Shown here piece after piece: positions 43,421-57,364 of a DNA stretch of 64,000 nucleotides. The notes beneath the pieces were generated by a model, which was not told the origin of the DNA, did no database searches, and saw nothing but the letters and a program-made list of their open reading frames with translations. The stretch is from Eledone cirrhosa (Eukaryota), in the NCBI GenBank assembly GCA_964016885.1, contig OZ024756.1:42036001-42100000 (forward strand), written 5' to 3'. Every line of letters starts with the position of its first letter. Position 1 is the first letter of the stretch. The position numbers and the translations under genes were made by a program.

Positions 43421-43959
43421 ACGATGATATATCGGCCATACAGTGTTTTTAGCTACATTCTCCTGACCGCTATATCAACATGACAGAGTTGACAGGTTGA
43501 AAGATGACTAAATTCCAAAGTAAGTTGGTAGGTAAGTCCCTAAAGATAGATCGGTGTGTAAGATTCCTACAGGAAATAAAGTGTTAAACTTTGATAACGC
43601 AGGGGACAAGAAACAGAGATTAAATAAAAAGTTTGACTTTTGGCATTTCAGGGAAAAATTTGTTTTTTGTCACAGAAAATTAAAAAACAATTTACGAAAA
43701 GTAAAATAAAAATAAAAATTAAAACAACAGTGAACTAAATATTACAATGGTGTAAAACTAACAAAAAAATGTACAATTATATTATTTTATAAGTCAACTG
43801 CGAGAGTTCAAAGTATTATTAGTTAAAGGTTTCCGATGACTTTTACAGGCAGAATAACAATAATAATAATAATGAAGGGCTTACATCAAGTAAACATTAA
43901 AGACGTCACAGGATTTAACAAAAAAAAAAAAACAATTATATAATTTGAAAAAAAAAAAA

Positions 43960-44200
43960 TTTCTAATTTAGGTACAAATTCAGTAATTTGTGGGGAGGGG
44001 GAGGAAGTCAATCATTTTGACACCAGTACATAACTGGTACTTTGTTGACCTCGAAAGTATGAAAAACAAAGTTGACCTCAGCGATAATAATAATAATAAT
44101 TGTTTTTACTTTTGGTACAAGGCCAGCAATTATCTCAGTGTATTACTGGTACTTTATTTTATCGACCCTGTAAGGATGAAAGGCAAAGCTAACCTTGAAC
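43960..44200 (-). mobile_element. Two partial SINE copies
   Basis: GGTACTTT..GACC..ATGAAA..AAAG(T/C)T motifs occur twice. Confidence 0.7.
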
Positions 44201-44384
44201 AATAATAAACGTTAAGTAGAGTCACCAAGTCGAGCTTTTCAGAGTTTAAGTGGAATTTAAGAATTTTCTAGAAATGACGTCTTTTAAGAGGAAAAACTTC
44301 TTTTCGGTGTCATAAAATCTATTTATCTGACATTTAAGTTGAGTTCTGCATCTTATGATCTTATGGTTGTGGAATTCTTTTTAT

Positions 44385-44462
<78 letters not shown>

Positions 44463-45324
44463 GTCAAGTATGAAATTTGTAGAAATTTGTACAAAAAAAC
44501 AAATTTCTACAACTTTCATTATATATATATATATATGTGTGTGTGTATGTATTATGTATATATGTATATGTGTGTGTTTGAGTGTGTGTGTATATATATA
44601 TATGTGTGAGTGTGTATATATATATATGTGTGTGTGTATATATACACACATACATGCACACACACATCGTTTGTGTGTTGATGGTTGGCCAGGGTAGGAG
44701 TGGGGAGGAGACATAATTATGGAACTATTGACCTAACAGTGGGGGGAGGGGGAGCAGCAAGAATTGGCAAGTTTGTTTTAAAGTGAAGAAGGTGAGGTCA
44801 TAGTTTAACTCTTAACATCCTGTACCACATGAAACCACATTAACAAGATATTGTTGTAAAGTTCAAAACAACACTATGACTGCCTTATATTAATAATTCA
44901 AGTCTTTACTTTAGTTTACTACAAATTTCCACAACGAATCTGTCCACTAATAGACTCTATAAACATTTGAATTAACAAAGCACACGACTCCACATTAACA
45001 ACACTAAGACTGTATCACATTAAAAATTAAACTCTTTAATTTAATCTAATTTACTGCAACTTTTCACAACAAATCTGTCCTCTAGTAAATTTCGGGGGTA
45101 GATGTTAAACCTGTAAATTTTTGGAGTACACCTTATACCTGTAACTTTCAGATGGTAATAAAGGTATATCTTATAGCTGTTAATTCTGGGGAGTAAAATA
45201 GGTCCACATTATACCTGTTAATTTCAGGGGGTATGTCTTATAGGTGTTAATTTTGAGAGTACACCTTATACCTGTTAATTTCAGGGGGTATGTCTTATAC
45301 CTGTTAATTTCAGGGGGTCCACCT

Positions 45325-45476
45325 TCATCATCATCATCGTTTAACATCTATCTTCCACGCTAGCATGGGTTAGACAGGAGTTGTCCCACTTGAGGCAAGA
45401 TTGGTCGGGTGACCATGTCTCACTCGTATTGGACTATCTGGCAGGTTTTCTACGGCTAGATGCCCTTCCTAACACC
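45325..45476 (-). mobile_element. RTE-type 3' tail fragment
   Basis: (CAT)n-CGTTTAAC..CCACGCTAGCATGGGTTAGA..GATGCCCTTCCTAACACC matches 35645-35790. Confidence 0.8.
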
Positions 45477-46047
45477 TGTTAATTTTTGGGAGGTTCACCA
45501 GCTTGTAGGTGTTAATTTTGGGAGGGGGTGGGCATTACTTTGTAGGTGTTAATTTTCCAACTAAAACATGTCTGTGTGAGAAATGATTGTAAAGATATTC
45601 TAGATAAAGTTACATTTGTAAATCTTATCGCATTGTCACAGCATGTATTTTCATGTTCACTCTTACTACCACTACCACCACTACTACCACCACCACCACC
45701 ACCACTACCACCACCACCACCACCACCACTACCACCACCACCTGGTTTTATGATACAAAACTGTTTATTTTAATCTAAAAGCTATCCATCATAATTTTAT
45801 GTAAGAACCTTTATTAAGTTATGTTCCAGACCACCCAGAGAAAATTGTGAAGAATGAGCAGAGCTTTTACTTTCCAATCAAACCTTCAACTATTTCAAAG
45901 TCACACCTTTAAAGGTTAGTGAGAATGGACTGTGGGCAGCATGGCCTGGATGAAGAGACCTGCAATAAACACTGTACCAGTTGATCATGGTTGGAATTTA
46001 GGAGAGTACACTTGAATTTTTTAGTTAGTTAGGGGTACTTTATTGTG

Positions 46048-46200
46048 AAGGCACATGGCTTAGTGGTTAGAGCATTGGGCTTGCAATCGAAAGGTTGTGA
46101 GTTCAATTCTCAGACCGGGTGATGTGTTGTTTCCTTGAGCAAGACACTTTATTTCACATTGCTCCAGTTTACTCAGCTGTAGAAATGAGATGATAGGACT
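46048..46200 (+). mobile_element. tRNA-derived SINE (second family)
   Basis: GGCACATGGCTTAGTGGTTAGAGC (A box)...GAGTTCAATTC (B box)..CCTTGAGCAAGACACTTTATTTCAC. Confidence 0.8.
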
Positions 46201-46710
46201 GGGGTCCCTATCATTAAATTACCAAAGACACCTCCAACGAGATATACCTTGGAGGAGGCCAGCTAAACCCGCATAGGTGAGAGCTGTTACACACATACAG
46301 ACACACACACACACACGTAGGTGGGAGCTGTCACACACACACACACTTTATTGACTCAAGAAGGATAACAGGTAAAGTTGACTGAAACAGGATATAAACT
46401 AGAAGATATATCACAAAACCCTTCTTCCACACAGTACACATTCCATATAGTAAAACCCTTCTTCCACACAGTAAACATTTCCCAAATTCTTCATTAATTA
46501 ATAACAATATAAAGTATTTAATTAGAAATGGTAACGAATGGGTTAAATCACGAGACAGATTCTTTAAAAATACTTGCGTCCATCCCTTAAACACACGTGT
46601 GACAGTGTAACAAACCCTTACTGACACCCACCCCCTCCCATAGCTTAAACCATGTGACAAAGTCCTTAAAAAACAACATTTGCCCCATCCCCTAAACACG
46701 TGAGATTATG

Positions 46711-47328
46711 TAATAATTCCTTACTCATAACTGCCCCCATCTTGTCATAAGTCCTTACTTATAACTGCCCCCCATCTTGTCATAATTCCTTACTTATAAC
46801 TGCCCCCATCTTGTCATACTTCCTTACTTATAACTGCCCCCATCTTGTCATAATTCCTTACTTATAACTGCCCCCATCTTGTCATAATTCCTTACTTGTA
46901 ACTGCCCCCATCTTGTCATAATTCCTTACTTATAACTGCCCCCATCTTGTCATACTTCCTTACTTATAACTGCCCCCATCTTGTCATAATTCCTTACTTA
47001 TAACTGCCCCCCATCTTGTCATAAGTCCTTACTCATAACTGCCCCCATCTTGTCATAATTCCTTACTTATAACTGCCCCCATCTTGTCATAATTCCTTAC
47101 TTATAACTGCCCCCCATCTTGTCATAATTCCTTACTTATAACTGCCCCCCATCTTGTCATAATTCCTTACTCATAACTGCCCCATCTTGTCATAATTCCT
47201 TACTCATAACTGTCCCCATCTTGTCATAATTCCTTACTTATAACTGCCCCCATCTTGTCATAATTCCTTACTTATAACTGCCCCCATCTTGTCATAATTC
47301 CTTACTTATAACTGCCCCCATCTTGTCA
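46711..47328. repeat. 34-bp minisatellite x~18
   Basis: ATAATTCCTTACTTATAACTGCCCCCATCTTGTC. Confidence 0.95.
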
Positions 47329-47454
47329 TCTAAACCACAACTTTCCACAATTCTCAGATTGGTGACACAATTCCTAGAAATAATATTTTTCATTGTCCAT
47401 TAAAATTGATCAGTCACATGTCATATTTCTCTGCAGAGTTGTCAGTACAGCCAA

Positions 47455-49460
47455 AGATATTGGTGACACACTAAAGTGTCTGAGCACACACCTACAGATT
47501 ATTGGTGACACACTAAAGTGTCTGAGCACACACCTACAGATTATTGGTGACACACTAAAGTGTCCCAACACACCTACAGATTATTGGTGACACACTAAAG
47601 TGTCCCAACACACCTACAGATTATTGGTGACACACTAAAGTGTCTGAGCACACACCTACAGATTATTGGTGACACACTAAAGTGTCTGAGCACACACCTA
47701 CAGATTATTGGTGACACACTAAAGTGTCCCAGCACACCTACAGATTATTGGTGACACACTAAAGTGTCCCAACACACCTACAGATTATTGGTGACACACT
47801 AAAGTGTCCCAACACACCTACAGATTATTGGTGACACACTAAAGTGTCCCAGCACACCTACAGATTATTGGTGACACACTAAAGTGTCTGAGCACACACC
47901 TACAGATTATTGGTGACACACTAAAGTGTCCCAACACACCTACAGATTATTGGTGACACACTTAAGTGTCCCAGCACACCTACAGATTATTGGTGACACA
48001 CTAAAGTGTCCCAACACACCTACAGATTATTGGTGACACACTAAAGTGTCCCAACACACCTACAGATTATTGGTGACACACTAAAGTGTCCCAACACACC
48101 TACAGATTATTGGTGACACACTAAAGTGTCCCAGCACACCTACAGATTATTGGTGACACACTAAAGTGTCCCAGCACACCTACAGATTATTGGTGACACA
48201 CTAAAGTGTCCCAACACACCTACAGATTATTGGTGACACACTAAAGTGTCCCAGCACACCTACAGATTATTGGTGACACACTAAAGTGTCCCAACACACC
48301 TACAGATTATTGGTGACACACTAAAGTGTCCCAGCACACCTACAGATTATTGGTGACACACTAAAGTGTCCCAACACACCTACAGATTATTGGTGACACA
48401 CTAAAGTGTCCCAACATACCTACAGATTATTGGTGACACACTAAAGTGTCCCAACATACCTACAGATTATTGGTGACACACTAAAGTGTCCCAACATACC
48501 TACAAATTATTGGTGACACACTAAAGTGTCCCAACATACCTACAGATTATTGGTGACACACTAAAGTGTCCCAACACACCTACAGATTATTGGTGACACA
48601 CTAAAGTGTCCCAACATACCTACAGATTATTGGTGACACACTAAAGTGTCCCAACATACCTACAGATTATTGGTGACACACTAAAGTGTCCCAACACACC
48701 TACAGATTATTGGTGACACACTAAAGTGTCCCAACACACCTACAGATTATTGGTGACACACTAAAGTGTCCCAGCACACCTACAGATTATTGGTGACACA
48801 CTAAAGTGTCCCAACATACCTACAGATTATTGGTGACACACTAAAGTGTCCCAACATACCTACAGATTATTGGTGACACACTAAAGTGTCCCAACACACC
48901 TACAGATTATTGGTGACACACTAAAGTGTCCCAACACACCTACAGATTATTGGTGACACACTAAAGTGTCCCAGCACACCTACAGATTATTGGTGACACA
49001 CTAAAGTGTCCCAACATACCTACAGATTATTGGTGACACACTAAAGTGTCCCAACATACCTACAGATTATTGGTGACACACTAAAGTGTCCCAACATACC
49101 TACAGATTATTGGTGACACACTAAAGTGTCCCAGCACACCTACAGATTATTGGTGACACACTAAAGTGTCCCAACACACCTACAGATTATTGGTGACACA
49201 CTAAAGTGTCCCAACATACCTACAGATTATTGGTGACACACTAAAGTGTCCCAACATACCTACAGATTATTGGTGACACACTAAAGTGTCCCAACACACC
49301 TACAGATTATTGGTGACACACTAAAGTGTCCCAGCACACCTACAGATTATTGGTGACACACTAAAGTGTCCCAACACACCTACAGATTATTGGTGACACA
49401 CTAAAGTGTCCCAACACACCTACAGATTATTGGTGACACACTAAAGTGTCCCAACACACA
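47455..49460. repeat. 40-bp minisatellite x~50
   Basis: TACAGATTATTGGTGACACACTAAAGTGTCCCA(A/G)CA(C/T)ACC. 42-bp variants occur at the left end. Confidence 0.97.
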
Positions 49461-49502
49461 GTTTACACTTGTTACAATGTAATATATATCATCATTTATA
49501 TA

Positions 49503-49711
49503 AACACACACACACACATATGTATACATACATATATATACACACACATATATATACATACACATATATATATATATACATACACATATATATATATATA
49601 CATACACACATATATATATATACATACACACATATATATATATATACATACACACACACATATATACATACACACACACATATATACATACACACACACA
49701 TATATATACAT

Positions 49712-49742
<31 letters not shown>

Positions 49743-49859
49743 CATACACACACACATATATATATATATACATACACACATATATATATATATACACATA
49801 TATATATATATACACACACATATATATACACACATATATATATACACACATATATATAT

Positions 49860-49890
<31 letters not shown>

Positions 49891-50347
49891 CACACACATA
49901 TATATATATATACACACACATATATATATATATACACACACACACATATATATATATATACATACACACACATATATATATATACATACACACACACATA
50001 TATATATATACACACACACACACATATATATATATACACACACTCATATATATATATACATACACACACACATATATATATATATACACTCACACATATA
50101 TATATATATACACACACATATATATATATATACACACACACATATATATATATATACACACATATATATATATACACACACATATATATATATATACACA
50201 CACATATATATATACACACACATATATATATATATATACACACACATATATATATATATATACACACGCATATATATATACACACACATATATATATATA
50301 TATACACACACATATATATACACACACATATATATATATATACACAC

Positions 50348-50378
<31 letters not shown>

Positions 50379-50659
50379 TATATATACATACACACACATA
50401 TATATATATATATACACACACACATATATACATACACACACACATATATATATATACACACACACATATATAGATACACACACACACATATATACATACA
50501 CACACACATATATACATACACACACACACATATATACATATACATACACACATATATATACATACACACACATATATACACACATACATACACACACACA
50601 TACATACACACACACATATACATACACACACACACATACACACACATATATATATATAT
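49503..50659. repeat. (TA)n(CA)n compound microsatellite
   Basis: Direct inspection. Confidence 0.95.
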
Positions 50660-50666
50660 TGTAAGG

Positions 50667-50751
50667 GGTCTGATGAGCCATGGATTACAGAGTCAGGTAA
50701 GATTGATACAGATCCAACCTTGAGCTGATCAGTGGTGAAACGTGCGTCACC
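50667..50751 (+). ncRNA. Type I hammerhead ribozyme with an extended (60-nt) stem II, at the head of a ~245-bp island (50660-50905)
   Basis: GGT-CTGATGA-GCCAT...GTGGT-GAAA-CGTGCG-T-C-ACC, with a GUC site after 50748. Confidence 0.8.
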
Positions 50752-51106
50752 AATCAATAGACATAATGAAGGGGAGTAACCACTCGTCCTTGTTTTACTA
50801 TAATACACTCTGTCTAGCTCTACATCTCCACACTGAAGTGAACCTAAACATCGAGTGCTCACTCGGGTGAACCTACAGTAACTCCAAGTTACACTCCCTG
50901 GATATATATGCAGAGGTTGTATTTAATTTGTTGGGATTCAACAAGCTTAAAAATATTATAACTGATATAAAGCACTCAACAGATTAGTGGAGTAAATACA
51001 CAATATATTAATAAATGAACATCCAGGAAGCTCCAACCGTTAAGATTGTTTTTTTTGGGGGTTTTTTTTTCTGGGTATGTCAATATTTATTTATAAACCA
51101 AATCTG

Positions 51107-51162
51107 TATTTTATCTGATGAAAGCGCACCATAATTGCCCTTGAAATGTGTATAATAAAATA
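51107..51162 (+). ncRNA. Type I hammerhead ribozyme with a long AT-rich stem I
   Basis: TATTTTAT-CTGATGA-AAGCGCA(CCATAAT)TGCCCTT-GAAA-TGTGTA-T-A-ATAAAATA. Pairing extends via TATTTATAAACCA / TGGTTTTATAAATA. Confidence 0.72.
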
Positions 51163-51484
51163 AATATGGTTTTATAAATATAGTTTCTATTTATGAATAT
51201 ATTGTATATATATATATATTATTATTATTTCTATATACACATATACATACATACATGCATACAATCTTGTCGCTCATTGGATAAGATATGTAAATTTAAT
51301 TGACATCCTCAATAGTATATGTAGAGCTTACTGTCCTACTTGAGGAGGGAGGAGGATAAGGAGGTTGAGGGGGAGCCATGAGCCACTCTCACCTGATTAT
51401 TCATATATTATCTATTATTTATTATCTTCATGACATTACAGCTGTTTCTGATTCTATCTTAATACCTTGTTACATATAAGCCTG

Positions 51485-51516
<32 letters not shown>

Positions 51517-51639
51517 AAATAATCCATTCTGAAAAAGAGGTTGTTGAACTATTTATGTAGATATGTCTGGATATGTTTTTACTGTCACTTTTGAGGACTG
51601 TTTTATGACAACGGTTGGTTTGGTTGACAGACTCCAGAC

Positions 51640-51890
51640 AGAATAGGGACCTCTGTGGTTGACAGAACTGGTTGACAAAATACTGACCTCTGTGGTTGAC
51701 AGAACTGGTTGACAACTGGACAAAATACTGACCTCTGTGATTGACAGAACTGGTTGACAACTGGACAAAATACTGACCTCTGTCATTGACAGAACTGGCT
51801 GACAGACCTGGACAAAATACTGACCTCTGTGGTTGAGAGAACTGGCTGGAGTATTGGACAAAATACTGGCCTCTGTGATTGACAGAAGTG
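51640..51890. repeat. ~45-55-bp minisatellite x~5
   Basis: ACAAAATACTGACCTCTGTG(G/A)TTGACAGAACTGG. Confidence 0.85.
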
Positions 51891-52044
51891 GTTTCGACCA
51901 GCACTCCAACCAATTCTGTCACTCAGTCTTGTTATGGAGAAAATTGAGAGAACCAAGAGCAGGACTTTTATACAGCTTTGTATCATAAAATCAGGGGTGG
52001 TATCATGTGGTATGGAACATAACTTAACACATGAAAGACAAAGA

Positions 52045-52382
52045 TTACCTCGATGGGATTTGAACTCAGAACCTTAGAATGTTATAACTAAACACCACAA
52101 AGCATGTTGTCGGACGCTCTACCGATTCTGCCAATCCACCGCCCTAGAGCATCCTATTAGGGTTTCTGATTTAGGCACAAAGACAGCAATTTTCGGGGAG
52201 TGGAAAAGTCGATTTAATTAACACCAGTGCATAACTGGTACTTTATTTTATCGACCTTGCGAGGATGAAACGCAAAGCTAACCTCGGTGGAATTTTAAAT
52301 CAAAGCGTAAAGGGCCGTAACTCTATGTCACAAAGCATATTGTCAGACGCTCTACCGATTCTGCCAATCCACCACCCTAGAG
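52045..52382 (-). mobile_element. Two tandem SINE copies
   Basis: GACGCTCTACCGATTCTGCCAATCCACC(G/A)CCCTAG occurs twice. Confidence 0.8.
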
Positions 52383-52918
52383 TATCTTATAATATAAATG
52401 TAACACCCTTGTAATTATTTACATATCTATACCTTCATTAGTGATGTGTATTAATTAAGCAAAATACTGAGACAGCGTGTGTGTGGATAAATTACTGTAC
52501 ATATGTACTCTGAATAAACACACATAAGCCTCACTATATGGCGGCAATATTGGCAGAGTCGTTAGAATGTCAGGCAGGTAGAATACTTTGCAAGAATTCG
52601 TTCGTAAAGCATGTTGTCCGACACTCTACCGATTCTGCCAACCCACGGCTCTGTTAGTGTTTAGTCGTAACTTCTGATATTTTTCTTGCCGTGGCTGCTG
52701 TTATTACAGGTTGGGGGGCGAAGGAGGCGACCGAACTGTTTGTGATATTGTTGTTTAAACAAGGTAAAAGTACAAGGAAGGGTCATTGATTCTTACTTCA
52801 ACTAGCCACGAGGGCGCACCGAACCGGGTGGCCACTGTCGTCATTGAAATGTGTATCACAGCCTTATCAATAAAGGACTTTAACATCTGAAACTACTTCG
52901 CTTTTTCTTATTCAATAT

Positions 52919-52956
<38 letters not shown>

Positions 52957-53019
52957 ATTTTCCATGTACCGGCATTGAGCCGTTTGATAACATTTTTCAA
53001 AATAAATATACACACGCAC

Positions 53020-53151
53020 TTTAGCCATCGAAACGGCTTGAGCTCAGCCGTCGGGGTCCTACTCGTTCCTATTACCCACTCTACTACCCTAAGTATTGAG
53101 TACTTTGGTGCGTTATGGTCCATCTGGTTCCGTACCACATTTCCTTCGTTA
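53020..53151 (+). mobile_element. Family A element, non-palindromic copy truncated within hammerhead stem II
   Basis: TTAGCCATC-GAAA-CGGCT(TGAGCTC)AGCCG-T-C-GGGG, then the tail ending in (TA)n. Confidence 0.75.
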
Positions 53152-53281
53152 TATATATATATATATATACAGTATATATATAGAAATGAAAGGTATAGAA
53201 AGTATTGTAGGAAGAAATATCATATATATTTTTTTTCTTAGATGTGTGCGTGCTCATATTGGCACCGAGAGAGAGAGAATG

Positions 53282-53329
53282 CTTGTCTGATGACCCTGTG
53301 AGAAGCAGGTGAAACTCCAGAGTTACAAG
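53282..53329 (+). ncRNA. Minimal type I hammerhead ribozyme, family E
   Basis: CTTGT-CTGATGA-CCCTG(TGAGAAG)CAGGT-GAAA-CTCCAGAG-T-T-ACAAG, followed by AATAAAATGAA(TA)n. A decayed sister copy is at 53849-53916. Confidence 0.8.
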
Positions 53330-53356
53330 ATTCACAATTTAACCTTAATAAAATGA

Positions 53357-53420
<64 letters not shown>

Positions 53421-53488
53421 CTTGTGTACGAAATTCCATTGCCTAGAGGTTGTCTACGTATTTCGTTTCATGTGCAACATTTAGGCCT

Positions 53489-53630
<142 letters not shown>

Positions 53631-53808
53631 TTCTGTATATATATATATAATACAAGTTCTAGATGAGGCGGAGGGGGTTGAGAGAAGCTAGCCAGACCGA
53701 CAATATTATCGTTTGAATAACATACCATATGTTTTTTGTGAGTGTAATGTGTATGTCTGTTTAAGTGCGTGAGTGTTTTTTTTATTACTAGTAATTAATT
53801 AATAAAGG

Positions 53809-53850
<42 letters not shown>

Positions 53851-54231
53851 ATGACACTGTGTTAAAAGGCGAAACTCCAGAGTAACAAGACTCACTATTT
53901 AGCTTTAATAAAATGAATATATATATATATATATATATATGCATGTATATATATGTATGTGTATAGATATATATGTGTGTGTGTGTGTATGTAATTATAT
54001 GTATGTATATAATTAAGGTTTCGCTGTAGCAGTAACGAAACAATCGAGGGGTTAACAGTACTTTTAAGGTTGTCCAATAGATTAAGAAAGCATATAAACA
54101 TATGACGTAAGTAGCACTTCCTCTCACCTTACAGAAAAACATTAATTCTTAGGAAAATGGAAACGAACTTGAGAAACATAATTGAAGATAATTTAAGACA
54201 TTCATAGCATATATTTGTGTGTGTGTGTGTC

Positions 54232-54305
<74 letters not shown>

Positions 54306-54312
54306 CACACAA

Positions 54313-54413
<101 letters not shown>

Positions 54414-54640
54414 ATATTTCGAGAGAAAGAGAGGGAAACTTTATATATCTATCTATATATATTTATTTATTTAATAATGTCTCATATAAAACAATACAAC
54501 CAGCTGTCCACGGAATACTGATTAGTTAGCAGCCCAAACACTAAATTGGGATAATACTTAGGTATATCCTAATGTTTGTTGAGTGAGATGGAGTTGGTCG
54601 GAGTATCGCTTAAGGCTTTCTCTGTTTATGTATTGTATTG

Positions 54641-54677
<37 letters not shown>

Positions 54678-54821
54678 AGAGAGAGAGTTTGCGGTGCTGG
54701 AACCGGGGAGACCATTTATCATGGGAGTACTCAATACAGGGTGAATGTAGAGTGGGTACAGAGATATGTGAAAGCCCGACCTTGGCGCCGCTGTCTGGAT
54801 TTTCCATTCATATACATAAAC

Positions 54822-54891
54822 GACTTCTACAGGACTAAAACTGTTTCGTTCGAAATCATACATATGAAACAGTTCTAGTCCTGTAGAAGTC
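54822..54891 (+). mobile_element. Fold-back, family F (hammerhead 3' half)
   Basis: GACTTCTACAGGACTAAAACTGTTTC-18 nt-GAAACAGTTCTAGTCCTGTAGAAGTC, i.e. GAAA-CAG(8 nt)CTG-T-A. GTATTGAGTAC lies downstream at 54930. Confidence 0.65.
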
Positions 54892-55136
54892 ATATCTATA
54901 TATAATAAAGATGCCTATACTCTATCAAGGTATTGAGTACCCTTTTTCAAAATGTAGTTTCGCTTTTATTCCCTACTTTTTATATTGTTTTCACTCGAGT
55001 AATCTTTCTGATCACATCAAAACAACAACAAAAGAAGTCGGTCGTTTATTGGTTTAGATATTTAGAACTGGTGGAATATCTTGGAGGGTTATTTCGTAAC
55101 ACTAACGAGAGAGAGAGATGGAAGGAGGAGAGAAAG

Positions 55137-55168
<32 letters not shown>

Positions 55169-55647
55169 GGGAAGAGAAGTGGAGAGAGAGAGAGAAAAAA
55201 AGGAAGAGAGACGGGAAGTGTTTTGTGAGGCAAACTCAATGAAATCAACAATATGAAAGGAGAGCAATCACTGATGGGTCGTTGAACAAACAAAATAGAT
55301 TTCTGGAGGTGAATAGTGTTACAATAGATATCTTGTGTCTTAGATATTCCCACAAACTTCTGTCTTAGATATTCCCACAAACTTCCCACCAAAAATATAA
55401 AAGACAAACAACAACAATGTACAGCTGCTAACGTGGTCCACCCCATGTGCTAGAAATAGCAGCCACTGCTCCAATCAAATTAACCCCTCCCACAAACATC
55501 CCACCGAAAATAAAAGGCAAAACTGTTGTAGAGCCTCCAAGGTGGTCCACACCACGTGTTAGAAATAGTAGCCACATGTCCCTCAACATATCTGATATCG
55601 ACATTCCCACAAACATCCCACCAAAAAATAAAAGTAATAATAATAAT

Positions 55648-55860
55648 AGTTTCTGATTTAGGCACAAGGCCAGCAATATTTTGGAGTGGGAGGGGCAAGT
55701 TGATTAGATCAACCCCAGTACATTACTGCTACTTTATGTTATCGTCCCCCGTAAGGATAAAAGGCAAAGCTTAACCTCGGTGGCATTTGAACTCAGAATG
55801 TAAAGGACTGTAACTACATGTGGCAAAGCATGGTGTCCGACGCTCTACCGATTACTGCCA
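55648..55860 (-). mobile_element. Cephalopod-type tRNA-derived SINE
   Basis: Same family as 42427. Confidence 0.8.
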
Positions 55861-55965
55861 AAGGAAAAGCAACGTAGAGCTTCGAAGGTGATCAACTCCA
55901 CGTGTTAGAATTAGCTGAAATTAAGACCCACCCTTATCCAACAGTCCACACATGTATATATATAT

Positions 55966-56163
55966 ATAGGAACGAGTAGGACCCCGACGGCTGAGCTCAA
56001 GCCGTTTCGACGGCTAATTCTGAGTCCAGAATTAGCCGTCGAAACGGCTTGAGCTCAGCTGTCGGGGCCCTACTCGTTCCTATTACCCACTCTACTACCT
56101 TAAGTATTGAGTACTTTGGTGCGTTATGGTCCACCTGGTTCCTTACCACATTTCCTCCGTTAT
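55966..56163 (+). mobile_element. Fold-back element, family A: 57-bp arms, 4-nt loop
   Basis: Arms 55966-56022 / 56027-56083 in (TA)n. A diverged relative follows at 56210-56330. Confidence 0.8.
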
Positions 56164-56358
56164 ATATATATATATATATATTCATATATACTAACACACA
56201 CTCATATATACTGAAACTGGCTGTTAAAACGGCAAGAGCTCAGCCGTCGGGGGTCCCGACTCTTTATAATATAACCATACTCTACTACCCCAAGTATTGA
56301 GTACTCTATTGAGTAATGGTCTAACTAGTTTCAAACTGATTCCATCCTGATTTATCGG

Positions 56359-56428
56359 GTGTCCCCAAAAATGTATACACACTTTAACAGCATTCTAATA
56401 AAAATGTATATACATTTTTTTGGGACAC
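56359..56428. mobile_element. Tiny Tc1/mariner-type MITE
   Basis: GTGTCCCCAAAAATGTATACACA / TGTATATACATTTTTTTGGGACAC inverted termini. Confidence 0.55.
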
Positions 56429-56544
56429 TATATATATATATATATATATATAATATTTTTTACACGACTGTACGTAAAATCCCCGGCGTGTCTTTGTTTT
56501 GTCCCCTTTTCTTGTGTGCCCTTGTGGCTAATAAAGAAATATCC

Positions 56545-56597
<53 letters not shown>

Positions 56598-56734
56598 GTA
56601 TAGAGAGAGAGAGAGAGAGAGAAGATATGCTTTATATATAAGTCTAGTATTATCGTGAAAAGCTGTAGTTTATGATCGCATCAGTCAAAACAAAATAGCA
56701 GATACTTTGGTTGGCTCTATTTATGTAATATATA

Positions 56735-56746
56735 CTTATGCCTGTG

Positions 56747-56797
<51 letters not shown>

Positions 56798-56819
56798 CGT
56801 CTAACTATGCCTGTGTGTA

Positions 56820-56875
<56 letters not shown>

Positions 56876-56893
56876 CTAACTATGCCTGTGTAA

Positions 56894-56924
<31 letters not shown>

Positions 56925-56949
56925 GTGCGTCTAACTATGCCTGTGTGTA

Positions 56950-57026
<77 letters not shown>

Positions 57027-57040
57027 TAACTATGCCTGTG

Positions 57041-57094
<54 letters not shown>

Positions 57095-57109
57095 AACTAT
57101 GCCTGTGTA

Positions 57110-57147
<38 letters not shown>

Positions 57148-57150
57148 ATG
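56735..57150. repeat. Tandem amplification of a unit that contains microsatellites, AACTATGCCTGTGTAA-(TA)n-(TG)n, x6
   Basis: The anchor TATGCCTGTGT recurs at about 56738, 56806, 56881, 56936, 57031 and 57098. Confidence 0.85.
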
Positions 57151-57312
57151 TGTGATATAACTGACCTTTGCCTAGTATCCACTACTATCCGCAATAAGCA
57201 CGTGGAGAAATGAATCACATTATCATTACGAAAGCTCAGAAAATAAAACTCTACACCGCATTATTTCATTAAAACATCGCAACAATTATTACAATAACAG
57301 GCTTTCAAAACC

Positions 57313-57360
<48 letters not shown>

Positions 57361-57364
<4 letters not shown>

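Noticed and set aside
44470-44519. Short AT-rich inverted repeat between microsatellites
   Set aside because: Low complexity with no ribozyme or TIR signature, so it cannot be assigned.
46048-46125. tRNA-like sequence (also the heads of the 42224/42427 copies)
   Set aside because: A and B boxes are present, but there is no proper cloverleaf and it continues into a SINE body.
47455-49460. CRISPR-like regular arrays (also 7143, 14895, 39230, 59938)
   Set aside because: Units are contiguous with no unique spacers, there are no cas genes, and the context is eukaryotic. They are minisatellites.
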